DNA of 64,000 bases, from contig CAWGLD010000001.1 of NCBI GenBank assembly GCA_963823335.1, positions 608,001 to 672,000 on the forward strand, given 5' to 3'. Positions 9,651 through 20,425 of the stretch are shown piece by piece; the stretch's first letter is position 1; the number at the start of each line of letters is the position of its first letter. The notes beneath the pieces are model-generated. The model worked only from the letters and a program-made list of their open reading frames with translations. It did no database searches and had not been told where the DNA came from. Position numbers and translations under genes: made by a program. Source of the DNA: an uncultured delta proteobacterium. GTDB lineage: Bacteria; Desulfobacterota; Desulfobacteria; Desulfobacterales; B30-G6.

Positions 9651-9717
9651 TTGAAGAACCTCGCAGCGTGTTTAGCACTGTCGCACGGTGCGGAATTCAT
9701 TTGCTGTTGCGGTTCAA
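9651..9717 (+). repeat. Repeat family B (TTGAAGAACCTCGCAGC...GCGGTTCAA)
   Basis: Shares ends with 8531-8582 and 36858-36999; partial copies at 14809-14831 and 16651-16678. Confidence 0.7.
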
Positions 9718-10025
9718 TTAAAATCCGACCAGTGATTAGCAGACTATTCAGCAGAGTTCAAGATCGGGTCGGATTTTTCTTGCCAAACCGGAAATCGTGC
9801 TATATGTTACGCGCCAACATGCTTTATCTATATATAAAGCAAGGAAATAAGAATCTCGCCTAGAGCGTGGTTACCTAGTTCACCTTTCCTTTGTTAGTGT
9901 ATGATGGTCAGTTGACCCCTGTATTCATGACATAAAACTTAATCCGCCGGCATGCTGTATGCCCTCGGCTATTGGAACGTTAAAAAGGCCGGTTATTATA
10001 ACCGGACGAAAAAAAAAGAAGTGCT

Positions 10026-10226
10026 ATGGAAGATCATAAGATTAAATTGTATGAAACTCAGTTGCGACGGCTGTTCAAAGCCGCCGAGCAAGACGAACAA
10101 GAGGCGCCGACGGTGCCTGTTCACCGCGAAAAAATCCGCGTAATTCGCAGACGAAAAGGCGGTCCCGACCAGTACATCACTGAAAGCTCGCACCAGTATG
10201 CCCTGGCAGCGGCAGACATGGGATAA
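10026..10226 (+). CDS. Small hypothetical protein
   Basis: 66-aa ORF in an otherwise intergenic gap; basic RVIRRRKG segment. Confidence 0.5.
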   Translation: MEDHKIKLYETQLRRLFKAAEQDEQEAPTVPVHREKIRVIRRRKGGPDQYITESSHQYALAAADMG

Positions 10227-10491
10227 GACCGACTTCTCGGCAATTTAGCCCGGAAATTTCACACACCCGAAAACATAACGCACCACCGCCCGCCCTCCTC
10301 TCGGCTGGACAGGTGGGGTGCGCCCGCACTGTGGGAAATAAGCACATATGGATCATCTCCAAGAGATGAAATCGGGAATGTCGAGAGAATGTTGAAATCA
10401 ATGGTCCATTCCCTGGAAAACAAACACCTGGATCCTTGATTCCTCGACCCCTGGAATCCTTTCTCCCGGCGAACTGGGAGAAGAACCACAA

Positions 10492-11598
10492 TTACTTATC
10501 CTTTCGAACCACCTCGATTTGACCGATGTCCATGATGACAAAGCGGGAGGGATCCAGGTTTTGCCGTTCAATCGTTCTTTTAAGATCCAATACAGGGTAT
10601 CCGGGCGGATTGTCACCTAACTGAAAGGCGCCCCACTGGGTTGGAATGTAATATCGGGCTCCCAGATTCTGGAAAGCCCGGACGGATTCAGCGGCGTTCA
10701 TGTGAGCATAATGCATAAACCAACGCGGGTGATATGCCGTCAGGGGCATGAGTGCATAGTCGATTCCTGGAAATCGCTTCCCGATTTCCCGATACCCGAC
10801 AAAAAAGCCACTGTCCCCACCATAATAAATCGTCGTTTCCGGCGTCACCAGCAGGTAGCTGGCCCATAGCGTGGTATTGAAATCCTGCCCGATCCGTCGC
10901 GACCAATGCTGGGCAGGTAGCGACACGAGCTGAACGCCATCTCCCAGCTCGACGCGTTCCCACCAGTCCAATTCCTGAATTTCCCCGTCAAAGAAAGATC
11001 GCAGGGTTTCCTTGAGGCCCGGCGGCACAAAAATTCGAGCGTGATCAGGCAGGGAGCGGATGGTATCCTTGTCCAGATGGTCATAGTGGTTATGCGAGAT
11101 GAGAACGTTAAGCGGGCCCGATATTCCTTTAAGATCATCCTTTCGCAGCGCCGGCTGAGTGACCCTTTTTGGCAGCAGGGCCCGTTGGGACAACATGGGA
11201 TCGGTCAACCAGGTAACACCTGCGGTATGTATGAGAAACGTGGCGTGTCCGACCCAGGCAATAGTGTCGCTGCGGGCTTTTTTCTGAATACGCCCGCTGA
11301 GATCCGTGAGAACCCCGGGCAGAAACGTGCACTCCTTATCCGTATACACGGCCTTCTTGGAGAAGCGCCATTTCAGGAACGACCGAAACCGGTCTGCCTC
11401 CATGGGCATCCATGGATTGAAATAGGCACCGTCCTTGAAATGAGGCGCATACAACATTTCCACACGCCGGTCTTCCACTTCCCGCTGCCATGCGTCCTCA
11501 TCAAATGGCGGGGGCGTTGCTATACAGGACGCCAGCACCAGGGCCAGGGTCAGAGCCAGGGTCAGATAGCGTAAGATCCGCAAAACGGTTTTTGGCAA
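10492..11598 (-). CDS. MBL-fold metallo-hydrolase lipoprotein (NAPE-PLD/RomA-like)
   Basis: WVGHATFL, SHNHYDHLD, PAQHWSRR, GDSG motifs; lipobox LASC. Start approximate. Confidence 0.85.
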   Translation of the reverse strand: MPKTVLRILRYLTLALTLALVLASCIATPPPFDEDAWQREVEDRRVEMLYAPHFKDGAYFNPWMPMEADRFRSFLKWRFSKKAVYTDKECTFLPGVLTDLSGRIQKKARSDTIAWVGHATFLIHTAGVTWLTDPMLSQRALLPKRVTQPALRKDDLKGISGPLNVLISHNHYDHLDKDTIRSLPDHARIFVPPGLKETLRSFFDGEIQELDWWERVELGDGVQLVSLPAQHWSRRIGQDFNTTLWASYLLVTPETTIYYGGDSGFFVGYREIGKRFPGIDYALMPLTAYHPRWFMHYAHMNAAESVRAFQNLGARYYIPTQWGAFQLGDNPPGYPVLDLKRTIERQNLDPSRFVIMDIGQIEVVRKDK

Positions 11599-11728
11599 TG
11601 TATGTGTGATGAAAGCACACCCCCTTTGTGGAAAAAGGAAAATATCTTCAATTATTATTTGACAAATAAACCTCTTTTTTACACCATGCCGTTGGATTTC
11701 ACAAAGCACAGTTCGCACAGGAGACCCC

Positions 11729-12196
11729 ATGGACAGGACCGACCTTCAGACGTTTATCGACGATCAACAGATCCAGGCCACCATACTGCCCTTGAGCGAG
11801 CACACCCTCACGGTGGGGGACGCTGCCAGGGCCCTTGCGGTGAACACCGACCAGATCATCAAGTCCCTGGTCTTCCACATCGATGGCAAGCCCCTGCTGG
11901 TGATCAACAACGGCCTGGCCCGGGTAGACCGCAGGAAACTGGCCGCTCACCTGGGTGTGGGCAGAAAAAAGGTCAAATTTGCCAGCCCGGACACGGCCTT
12001 CACCCTGACCGGCTTTGTCGTGGGAAGCATGCCACCCTTCGGCCATAAGCTGCCACTGCGCACCCTCGTGGACACGGCCGTAACACAACTGGACATCATC
12101 TACGGCGGCGGGGGGGATGTCGACGCCATGATGCGCCTCACTTCGAAAGAACTTCTGCGGGTCAGCCAGGCAGAGGTGGTACCCTTCTCCGAATAA
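11729..12196 (+). CDS. YbaK/EbsC aminoacyl-tRNA editing family protein
   Basis: QIIKSLVF...TGFVVGSMPPFGH...YGGGG. Confidence 0.85.
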   Translation: MDRTDLQTFIDDQQIQATILPLSEHTLTVGDAARALAVNTDQIIKSLVFHIDGKPLLVINNGLARVDRRKLAAHLGVGRKKVKFASPDTAFTLTGFVVGSMPPFGHKLPLRTLVDTAVTQLDIIYGGGGDVDAMMRLTSKELLRVSQAEVVPFSE

Positions 12197-12428
12197 ATTC
12201 GCTTCACGAATTTATTTGCGCGGCAATGCCGCTCTTTGGGATCAGAAGATTTAATCTGAACAATCGCTTTTTATCTCGGTCTGCACCAATCTCTTCGGGA
12301 AAAATCGCTCAATGCAGGTTTAAATTATTCCATAAAAGAGCTGATAAACTCCCTGACCGCAGTCTTCCCGTTAAAAATGCCGTAGTGGCCCTCGCAGAGA
12401 ATATCCGCGTTCAGCTCCAGCATTTTCT

Positions 12429-12728
12429 TTAATGAATTCTGGTACGCATCCGGATCCGAAAGTGTGCCACAAGCTTCAGGTTCAGCCGTTTTTTCAATGC
12501 AGCCGCTCCCCCGGTGTGATCGAAATGGCAGTGGGTAATCAGCAGGTAATCAATGACGGCATCGGGTACGTTACAGCGACGAATATTTTCCAACAGCCCG
12601 TCCGTAGCATTGCCACACCCGGCATCCACGATAGCCGCCCGTCCGTCCACGTGAATCAGATAGGCGGCGGCATCTTCCGGTGCAGTAAACCCGCTGCCGC
12701 CGATCTGGTAAATTTCCTTGGTAATCAT
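12429..12728 (-). pseudogene. 3'-truncated MBL-fold hydrolase
   Basis: AYLI...VDAGCG...THCHFDHTGG...LVAH, then similarity stops (~95 aa). ATGA-coupled to the queG-like gene. Confidence 0.75.
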
Positions 12729-13846
12729 CCGCACAGCTCCAGGGCATAATCAATTTCATTGGCTACCAGCCCCATGGCGCCCGAACGGAAACGGTCCAGG
12801 GCAGACCGCGCCCGGCGCCCCCCGATGCGGCCCAGGGCCCAGGCACACATGCTCTTCACCCGCTCATCCACCGATTCTTCAAAGGCCCGCACAAGGTCCG
12901 GGATGTGACAAGGATCCAAGGTGTTTCCCATGGCCCGGGCTGTGTTCATCTTCCAGCGCCAGATCTGGTCAGGAGACATATAGAACATGTGAGGCCATAT
13001 ACGCTGCTCGAAATAGGGACGATCCATGTGCAGCAGTTTGGCCAGATCAAAGTCGGCAGCCTTTTGGGCAGCTCTCTGGTTGATGGGCAGATCCGCCGCA
13101 AGCCAGGCCTGGTTCCGGGGACAGACATTCTGACAGCGGTCACAGCCATAGATGAACAAGCCCATGGGTTCCCTGAGGTCTCTGGGAGTAAGACCCTCCC
13201 CGAAATAGGTCAGAAAAGAAATGCAGCGCCGGGGATCGATATGGCGGGGCCCTTTGAGCGCGCCTGTGGGGCAGGCCACCAGACAAGTGTTCCGGCACCA
13301 GGTGGGGCAGCCTGTCACCAGGGTGGGTTCGCCGGGCTCGAATTCCGCGTCCACCACCACGGCGATGGGCAGCACCCAGGAACTCTTGCGCGCCACCCGG
13401 TTGGAATAGAAAAGACAGTTTTTTCCGAAAGTGCCCATTCCAGCGCGCCCCGCGGCCAGCCGGTGGGGCAGGTTGAAAGGAACCTTGGACTGAATGCCGT
13501 TGTCTCGCAAATAGGAACGAAAGGCTTTAATGCGAGTGGCCAGACCATCCCGCAGGACACGATCGTCATCCAGGTAGCAGCGACCGAAAAAGGGCTCCAG
13601 GGTGTGGGGGTAGGACTCACGAAAATAGACCTCCATGAGGACAAAAATCGATTTCGCCCCGGGTAGAATATTCTGCGGGTCTGTTCCAGACATCAGGTCC
13701 AGACCGTTGGTCATGGTCCAGGCATAGGACGCGTGGCGTTCCTCCAGGATACGCTGCTGGGATTCAAATGGCTCCGCACTGGTGACACCGATGTCCTCGA
13801 ACATGAGTTCGTGGGCCCGGTCGGTTATCTGCTGCTGCGTCAACAT
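12725..13846 (-). CDS. Epoxyqueuosine reductase QueG-like Fe-S/cobalamin protein with C-terminal HEAT repeat
   Basis: AAGRAGMGTFGKN, CxxxCxxxCxxxCPTGAL, RCISFLT, YGCDRCQNVCPRN. Confidence 0.8.
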   Translation of the reverse strand: MLTQQQITDRAHELMFEDIGVTSAEPFESQQRILEERHASYAWTMTNGLDLMSGTDPQNILPGAKSIFVLMEVYFRESYPHTLEPFFGRCYLDDDRVLRDGLATRIKAFRSYLRDNGIQSKVPFNLPHRLAAGRAGMGTFGKNCLFYSNRVARKSSWVLPIAVVVDAEFEPGEPTLVTGCPTWCRNTCLVACPTGALKGPRHIDPRRCISFLTYFGEGLTPRDLREPMGLFIYGCDRCQNVCPRNQAWLAADLPINQRAAQKAADFDLAKLLHMDRPYFEQRIWPHMFYMSPDQIWRWKMNTARAMGNTLDPCHIPDLVRAFEESVDERVKSMCAWALGRIGGRRARSALDRFRSGAMGLVANEIDYALELCG

Positions 13847-13968
13847 GGTTCATCCTCCAGGGATTACAGGGTTTATCGAAGGACCCAGCTTTTTCATGGA
13901 AAGGTTTAGTTGTCAAGTTCGATCCACTCATGCACGGCAGCAAGATCCTTGACAAAAGGGTGCCGTTA

Positions 13969-14712
13969 TCACTGCACCAGTGTCGCGGCAAGAAACTCCT
14001 GAAAGCGTTTCCAGGATTTTTTATCCGCATCCTCCTGATAACGGGACCCGTCAAAAACGGTAAAGGCGTGTTGTGCCCCACCATAGGTAATCATCTCATG
14101 GGAAACTCCGGCCGCTTCCAGTTCATTCGTCAGGGCTGCAAACTGGTCCATGGTGATGGCCGAGTCGGCTGAACCATGCATGATCAAAATCGATCCTGCC
14201 GTCTTGCTATAATTCTGACCCTCGGGTGTCTTCAAACCTCCGTGAAAGGTGGCAAAGCCTTTCAATCCCACTCCGGAGCGCGCCCATTCAAGTACGGCCG
14301 CACCGCCGAAGCAGTAACCTGCGGCAATGGCATTATCGATCCGGGCGCCTTTTTGTCCGGCGGTTTCGAGGGCACCGTTCATCAGGGCCCGCATTTTGTT
14401 TCTGTCTTTGTACAATTCGCCTGTATGCTGCCGTTTGTCCTCCATCTCGGTCGGTCTCACACCGGCACCAAACAGATCTGCAGCAAACACTGCGTACCCT
14501 GATGCGGCCAGCATATGGGCCCGCTTGACTTCATATTCGGTAAGACCGTCCCAGTCATGAATCAGCACCACCAGGGGGGCCTTGTCTGAAGGGCTGATAT
14601 AATACCCCTCGTATGACTGTCCGTTGACCTGATACCGCACCACTGACCCATCCGCTCCCATGGCGGCGCTGGCGACGACAAAAACCAACAATATCGATAG
14701 TATATATTTCAT
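13969..14712 (-). CDS. Dienelactone hydrolase family protein, signal peptide
   Basis: IHDWDG, GYCFGG, FHGGL, HAFT. Confidence 0.9.
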   Translation of the reverse strand: MKYILSILLVFVVASAAMGADGSVVRYQVNGQSYEGYYISPSDKAPLVVLIHDWDGLTEYEVKRAHMLAASGYAVFAADLFGAGVRPTEMEDKRQHTGELYKDRNKMRALMNGALETAGQKGARIDNAIAAGYCFGGAAVLEWARSGVGLKGFATFHGGLKTPEGQNYSKTAGSILIMHGSADSAITMDQFAALTNELEAAGVSHEMITYGGAQHAFTVFDGSRYQEDADKKSWKRFQEFLAATLVQ

Positions 14713-15045
14713 GATATCCCTCCTTAATAAAATCAATACCCGTTTTAATGCCACAATGTAATACATCAAATGCGAGCCGTCGAGGTTGTGTGATGTTTTT
14801 TTTCGACATTGAAGAACCTCACTGCAAGCTGAAAGGCATCCTGGGCCGTCGGGAATTATGCCGGATCAAGTCCGGACTTGAATCAAGAAATTCTTTGGAG
14901 TATATATTAGCCCTAAAGTGAAAGCTGTAAGGAATGGATCATCTCCCAAAGAGTTGATCCAAATTAAGGATTGAAGGATTCCAGGGGTCCAGGGTTCGAG
15001 TGAGATGAAGTGAGGCATCCTGGTCTTTTAAGGAAGTCACTGAAA

Positions 15046-16257
15046 ATGACCTGCATCGTTCAGAAGTACGGCGGCAGCAGTGTCGCCGACATCGACAAGT
15101 TACGACAAATCGCCGGGCTGATCGCCCATGTCAAACAGCAGCAGATCCAGATTGCCGTGGTGGTTTCCGCCATGGGTAAAACCACCGACAGTCTCCTGTC
15201 CATGGCGCGCGAATTTTCCCCCAAACCACCCCGACGCGAAATGGATATGCTACTTTCCACCGGTGAACGCATCACCATGGCCCTGCTTTGCATGGCCTTG
15301 AACGAAAAGGGTATCGATGCCGTCTCACTCACCGGGTCCCAGGCCGGTATCATCACCGACGACCGGCACAACGATGCCCAGGTCATCGAGGTCCGGCCCT
15401 TCCGGGTGCAGGATGAAATGGCCAAAGGCAAGGTGGTAATCATCGGCGGTTTTCAGGGCGTCAGCTACAAAAGAGACATCACCACCCTCGGTCGTGGCGG
15501 GTCGGACACCTCGGCCGTGGCACTCGCGGCCGCACTGGATGCTGAACGCTGCGAGATCTATTCGGATGTGGATGGCGTCTATTCAGCTGACCCGGCAGTG
15601 GTGGCCGACGCCCGGCACCTGCCCGAAATTTCCTATCCCGAGATGCAGGAAATGAGCACCGCCGGGGCCAAAGTGCTCAACGCATCCGCCGTGCAGTTCG
15701 CCAAGGAAAAGAACATCGCCCTTTATGCCCGAAGCACCTTTCAGCCCGGTCGTGAAACCATCATACGGAAAATGCCCCCTGGAAAACTTACCGGCGTCCA
15801 GGCAGTCGTAAGAGAAGAACGGATCGAACGCATACGGATATCCGGTCTGGATGTGCGTCGCCGTTTCCAGCAGGTGGTATCCTACCTGGAAACCGAACAG
15901 GTGCCGGTCAAGGAAGTCAACCTCACCCATGTTGGCCAAAAAGGAGAGCTCTCCCGGGCAAGCTTTGTGGTACCAGCCGGTCAGGTATACGACTGGAACG
16001 ACATTAAGAGCGGTCTGGAAGATAAATTCGGTCCCAGCCTGGCCTTTGATACGGATCTGTCAGCGGTATCCCTGATCGGAGAAGGGCTGAACCGAAACAG
16101 CCAGACCCTGCTGAACACCCTGGAACTCCTGGCGGAAAACAACATCACCACCCATGGCGTCACCACGACTTCCTTTCGGATTTCGCTCCTGGTTCCCCGG
16201 GAACACGTGGATCAAAGCGTCCAGCTCTGTCATGAGCGCTGGGTTATCTCAAAATGA
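15046..16257 (+). CDS. lysC: Aspartate kinase
   Basis: [43 protein letters not shown]-terminal ACT domain. Confidence 0.95.
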   Translation: MTCIVQKYGGSSVADIDKLRQIAGLIAHVKQQQIQIAVVVSAMGKTTDSLLSMAREFSPKPPRREMDMLLSTGERITMALLCMALNEKGIDAVSLTGSQAGIITDDRHNDAQVIEVRPFRVQDEMAKGKVVIIGGFQGVSYKRDITTLGRGGSDTSAVALAAALDAERCEIYSDVDGVYSADPAVVADARHLPEISYPEMQEMSTAGAKVLNASAVQFAKEKNIALYARSTFQPGRETIIRKMPPGKLTGVQAVVREERIERIRISGLDVRRRFQQVVSYLETEQVPVKEVNLTHVGQKGELSRASFVVPAGQVYDWNDIKSGLEDKFGPSLAFDTDLSAVSLIGEGLNRNSQTLLNTLELLAENNITTHGVTTTSFRISLLVPREHVDQSVQLCHERWVISK

Positions 16258-16267
16258 CAGGGATGGA

Positions 16268-16650
16268 GGGCAGGGTTGAGAGGGTGGCTGATGACAGTGA
16301 GCGAAAGGCACCTGACAGCCTACAGTCTAAACTGCTAAAAGGCTAACAAGGGTTCAAGGGTGATTGACAGCTATTCGCGGATATCAGCATCCCGGTGTTC
16401 CAGCATCATAGGGTCCAAGCATACAATGGCTTGTGCTGAACGCGAACCTTTACGTTCTTGTTTTGATCATTCGAATTTATACCGCTTGTCATAATAATGT
16501 TCCGAAAATAGGATGGCGGCATAAGGGGTTATAGCAGAAAAAAGGTCCTCAATCGGAACGTTTTTCTGACAACCCCTATAGGTCATTGGGTATTGTTTCG
16601 GATTTGGGCTTGGTGCTTTGGATTTAAGCGGTATCAAACTGGTTTGTCGC
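16268..16650 (+). repeat. Composite repeat family D, copy 1 (interrupted by MITE C)
   Basis: Long block matching the reverse complement of 19410-19693; partial copies at 18011-18070, 47407-47471 and 57434-57575. Confidence 0.8.
16480..16578 (+). mobile_element. 99-bp MITE (family C) with TA target duplication
   Basis: Near-identical to 37063-37161; imperfect terminal IRs; flanked by TA...TA. The homologous empty site is at 19489-19490. Confidence 0.85.
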
Positions 16651-16699
16651 GGGGTTAGCGCTCGCTGTTGCGGTTCAATTTACAAAAAAGGAAGAAAAA

Positions 16700-18010
16700 A
16701 TGCACCCAAGCTACGACTGCATCATCATCGGTGCCGGGATATGCGGAGCGGCCATTGCCTACGAAATGTCCAAAAAAGGATATCGAACCCTGAATGTGGA
16801 TCAGTTAGCCGCTGCCGGACATGGTTCCACCAGCAGCTCCTGTGCCATCATCCGGACCCATTACTCCACCCTTGAAGGCACCGCCATTGCCTATAACAGC
16901 TGGTTCGACTGGAAAAACTGGTCGGACTACATCGTTGCCCCGGATGAAAGCGGCATTGCAACATTCCATCAGACCGGTCTGATAAACATCTACGCCAAGG
17001 GGCGCGAAGCAGCCAATCACATGAAGCTGCACGATATGCTGGGAATCCCCTATGAGATATGGAACCGGGAGAAACTGCTCCGTCGGATGCCCCATTTCGT
17101 GGACGATTCATTTTATCCACCCCGGCGCCCAGAGGATCCCCGGTTCCATGACCTGCCCAAGCAAAAAATTGAAGGGGCCATTCTCTATTACCCCAACGAC
17201 GGGTATGTCAACGATCCTGGGCTGGCGGTTCACAACATCCAGCGGGCTGCAGAGGCAAGTGGGGCTGTTTTCCTCTTCAATACAACGGTCGTATCCATCC
17301 GTTCCCGCCGGAATGCCGTCGTGGGTGTAGGCCTGAAAGACGGCGGCAGGATCGATGCCCCCATAATTGTCAATGCCGCCGGGCCCCACTCTGCCGTGAT
17401 CAACCAGATGGCCGGTCTTGCCGACAAAATGAACATCAAGACCCGGCCCCTGCGTCATGAAGTGCATGTTGTCCCCTCTCCGGAAACGTTCAGCTACGAA
17501 ACAGACGGTCTGGTGGTGGGGGATGGGGACGCGGGTGTCTATCATCGACCGGAAACAGGCAACCTGGTCCTGGTCGGCAGTGAAGATCCGGACTGTGATG
17601 AAAAGGACTGGGTCGACGATCCGGACCATTTCGACAGGGATGCCTCCCTGGCACAGTACCAGGCCCAGACCTATCGTCTGGCAAAACGTGTGCCGGATCT
17701 CCGGATTCCGAACAACCCCAGGGGCCTCGCCGACCTCTATGATGTCAGCGACGACTGGATTCCCATTTACGACAGATCCGATCTCGACGGGTTTTATCTC
17801 GCCATCGGCACCAGCGGCAACCAGTTCAAAAACGGTCCCTCAATCGGCCTCGTGATGGCGGAACTGATCCATGCCACTGAAAATGGCCATGACCACGATA
17901 CCACGCCATTGCAGATGCCATTGCGTCATGTGGATCTGGCTCTGAACACGGGTATTTTTTCCCGGAACCGTGAGATCATTCAGGACAGCTCCTTTTCGGT
18001 GATGGGCTGA
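16700..18010 (+). CDS. FAD-dependent oxidoreductase (DAO / sarcosine oxidase beta-like)
   Basis: IIIGAGICG, GSTSSSCAIIR, VNAAGPHS, YDVSDDWIPIYD, GTSGNQFKNGP. Confidence 0.85.
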   Translation: MHPSYDCIIIGAGICGAAIAYEMSKKGYRTLNVDQLAAAGHGSTSSSCAIIRTHYSTLEGTAIAYNSWFDWKNWSDYIVAPDESGIATFHQTGLINIYAKGREAANHMKLHDMLGIPYEIWNREKLLRRMPHFVDDSFYPPRRPEDPRFHDLPKQKIEGAILYYPNDGYVNDPGLAVHNIQRAAEASGAVFLFNTTVVSIRSRRNAVVGVGLKDGGRIDAPIIVNAAGPHSAVINQMAGLADKMNIKTRPLRHEVHVVPSPETFSYETDGLVVGDGDAGVYHRPETGNLVLVGSEDPDCDEKDWVDDPDHFDRDASLAQYQAQTYRLAKRVPDLRIPNNPRGLADLYDVSDDWIPIYDRSDLDGFYLAIGTSGNQFKNGPSIGLVMAELIHATENGHDHDTTPLQMPLRHVDLALNTGIFSRNREIIQDSSFSVMG

Positions 18011-18145
18011 GGGGCAGGGGTGGAGGTTTCAAGGGTGATACAAGGGTTGGAGGGTAGCTGACAGCTATTTGCGGACAGCAGTGTCCCAGCTTCCATGCAT
18101 CCTAGCCTCCCAGCAACCAGGAAGCCAAAAGGGAGATTTGATTCC

Positions 18146-19384
18146 TCAATTCGTTTCTGCCTCCACTTTCCGGGCAAGCTCCATATATCGCTGAGCCTCT
18201 GCAGGGTAGCCCTGACGCTTGTAAATATCACTGATCCTGCCAAAATAGAGACGCTGGTTTTCAGGGTTCTGCCGGCAAAGAGAAAAATAAGTTTCCACAA
18301 GCTCGCCTGAAATATCACCTGCTTCATATTTTAGCTCCGCATACCGCTGTCTGACAAAGGGATCTACCCGTCTGTGGCAGCTTTTACAACCGGTCATAAT
18401 TTCCTGGTACGTAGTCAGGGCCTCTTTTTTCCTGTCCATGACCTCGTAGATCCTTGCAAGGGCCACGGCGATCTGTTGGTCCCATCCAAGATATTCGATG
18501 CTTTTTTGATAGAATGAAACGGCCTGGCTCTGTTTTCCGGACCGGAACAGGGTTTCGCCCATCAACAGCAGGATCGGCATCGATGTCTTGAGTGTGTCCG
18601 GACAGGATTGCAGAAGCGTGTCCGCCAGGTCATACGCTTCGGATTCCCAATAGATCTCGCACAGCACTTCATAGGCCCGGAGGGATTGCGGGTATGCTTC
18701 GATAAATACTTCCAGAAGAGTCCTGGCCTCAGGGATATCTCCCAGATTCAGATAGACCGTGGCAAGTTCAAGGTGAACATGTGTGACACGTCCCCCCTGA
18801 TCATCCCGGGCCTTTTTCAGCAGGTCTGCCGCGGGACCGAATGCCCCCTTGTTCAACGCAATATACCCGGATTGAAAATTCCGGCCCAAACCCGCGTATA
18901 TATCCTGGACATCATCCGGCAGGGTGCTGCAGAGGACCAGAAAATAGTCCTCGTCGTCATTCATGTCAAAGACCTCATCATCAGTCCCATCGGCCTCTTG
19001 CCACGCCTCGGCACCCATTTCCATATGGACACCTGCGGCAACGTCGCTGACCAGTATCTCCACCTCCCTGATTAACTGTGCATCGCGGGTCAGTTCCCGC
19101 GCCAGTTCCAGAAGTTCCCCAGCCTCCTCAAAACATCCCGCCTCCACCAGCTCCTGCGCGGAAAGCTTGTGCTGCAGGGCCAGTGACTCACAGGCATTCT
19201 TGATCTTCATCTCGAGTCTGTCCCTGTGATCAGCCACATCCGGCAGGGAAGCTTTTTCCAGGCGTGACAAGGCCTCTTCATATTGCAGTTTGGCCAGCCC
19301 CAGATCGTTGGATCGCACCAGCCGGTCACCCCTTTTTTCAAAAACGTCAAATGATTTTTGAGAAAAAAATTGTAACAATCCCAT
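18146..19384 (-). CDS. Tetratricopeptide repeat protein
   Basis: Repeated helical TPR-like units; CxxC (CKSC) near the C-terminus. Confidence 0.75.
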   Translation of the reverse strand: MGLLQFFSQKSFDVFEKRGDRLVRSNDLGLAKLQYEEALSRLEKASLPDVADHRDRLEMKIKNACESLALQHKLSAQELVEAGCFEEAGELLELARELTRDAQLIREVEILVSDVAAGVHMEMGAEAWQEADGTDDEVFDMNDDEDYFLVLCSTLPDDVQDIYAGLGRNFQSGYIALNKGAFGPAADLLKKARDDQGGRVTHVHLELATVYLNLGDIPEARTLLEVFIEAYPQSLRAYEVLCEIYWESEAYDLADTLLQSCPDTLKTSMPILLLMGETLFRSGKQSQAVSFYQKSIEYLGWDQQIAVALARIYEVMDRKKEALTTYQEIMTGCKSCHRRVDPFVRQRYAELKYEAGDISGELVETYFSLCRQNPENQRLYFGRISDIYKRQGYPAEAQRYMELARKVEAETN

Positions 19385-19409
19385 ACGCACTCCTAATCAG
19401 ATTCACTCG

Positions 19410-19693
19410 CCAACCCCACAGCAAACCAGGCTGATACGGCTTAAATCCAAAGCACCAAATCCCAAATCCGAAACAATACCCAATGACCTAAATTCGAATG
19501 ATCAAAACAAAAACGAAAAAGTTCGCGTTCAGTACAAACCATTGTATGCTGGGACGCTAATAGTTGTCAGCTACCCTCGAACCCTTGTCAGCCTTTTAGC
19601 AGTTTAGACTGTAGGCTGTCAGTTGCCTTTCGCTCACTGTCATCAGCCACCCTCCAACCCTTGTATCACCCTCGAAACCTCCAACCCTGCCCT
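19410..19693 (-). repeat. Composite repeat family D, copy 2 (empty MITE site)
   Basis: Inverted homolog of 16268-16650 lacking the 99-bp MITE. Confidence 0.8.
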
Positions 19694-20425
19694 TCACCCC
19701 TTAATAACCGCCAGCACATACGGATAGATATTTTCCAGAATACGGCGATATCCCTCGGGATTGGGGTGCAACCGGTCCGGAAGGTTGTAACGTGTGTCGC
19801 CGGCCACACTTTCCAGAAAAAACGGAATCAAGGGGATATGATGCTTGTGGGCAATGTCTGGATAGACACTTGAAAAACGGGCGGTGTGGACCGGTCCAAG
19901 GTTGGGCGGTATTTTCATTCCGGCCAGGAGAATGTCGATATCATGGGCCTTTATGATGGTGATGATCCTATCCAGGTTCTCTTCGAGCACCTTGGGGTCG
20001 ACACCCCGCAGGCCGTCATTGGCACCGGTCTCCAGGATAATGATGTTCGGTTTGAGTGAACGGATCACCCATTCGATACGAGACAGGGTTCCGCTGCTGG
20101 TTTCACCGCTGATACCTGCATTGATGACCTTGAAAAAGAAACCATCCAAATGAAGACGTTTTTCGAGCAATGCCGGATATGCCTCGCTCTCATCCACACC
20201 ATACCCGGCGGTCAGGCTGTCGCCAACGGCCACGATGGTGCCCAGACCCAACCCATCGTTAGCCTGGGATTCAGACCGGCTCTCGGCGGAAGGAGACTCG
20301 TTGCTGCAGGCAGGCAGCACCAGCAGGACGCACAGGAACAGCAGGACTGCGATCCGGGTATTCCCGACCGTCCGGCATCTGCCCGCCGAATTCTTGCCCG
20401 CAACAAGAAAGCCTGGATTATGCAT
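19694..20425 (-). CDS. tesA: Arylesterase / acyl-CoA thioesterase I (SGNH/GDSL)
   Basis: GDSLTAGYG, NAGISGET, GANDGLRG, DRLHPN; adjacent to ybbA/ybbP-like genes. Confidence 0.85.
   Translation of the reverse strand: MHNPGFLVAGKNSAGRCRTVGNTRIAVLLFLCVLLVLPACSNESPSAESRSESQANDGLGLGTIVAVGDSLTAGYGVDESEAYPALLEKRLHLDGFFFKVINAGISGETSSGTLSRIEWVIRSLKPNIIILETGANDGLRGVDPKVLEENLDRIITIIKAHDIDILLAGMKIPPNLGPVHTARFSSVYPDIAHKHHIPLIPFFLESVAGDTRYNLPDRLHPNPEGYRRILENIYPYVLAVIKG

Noticed and set aside
10196-10226. YALAA near the C-terminus of a small ORF resembling the ssrA degradation tag
   Set aside because: Not terminal (followed by ADMG); probably coincidental.
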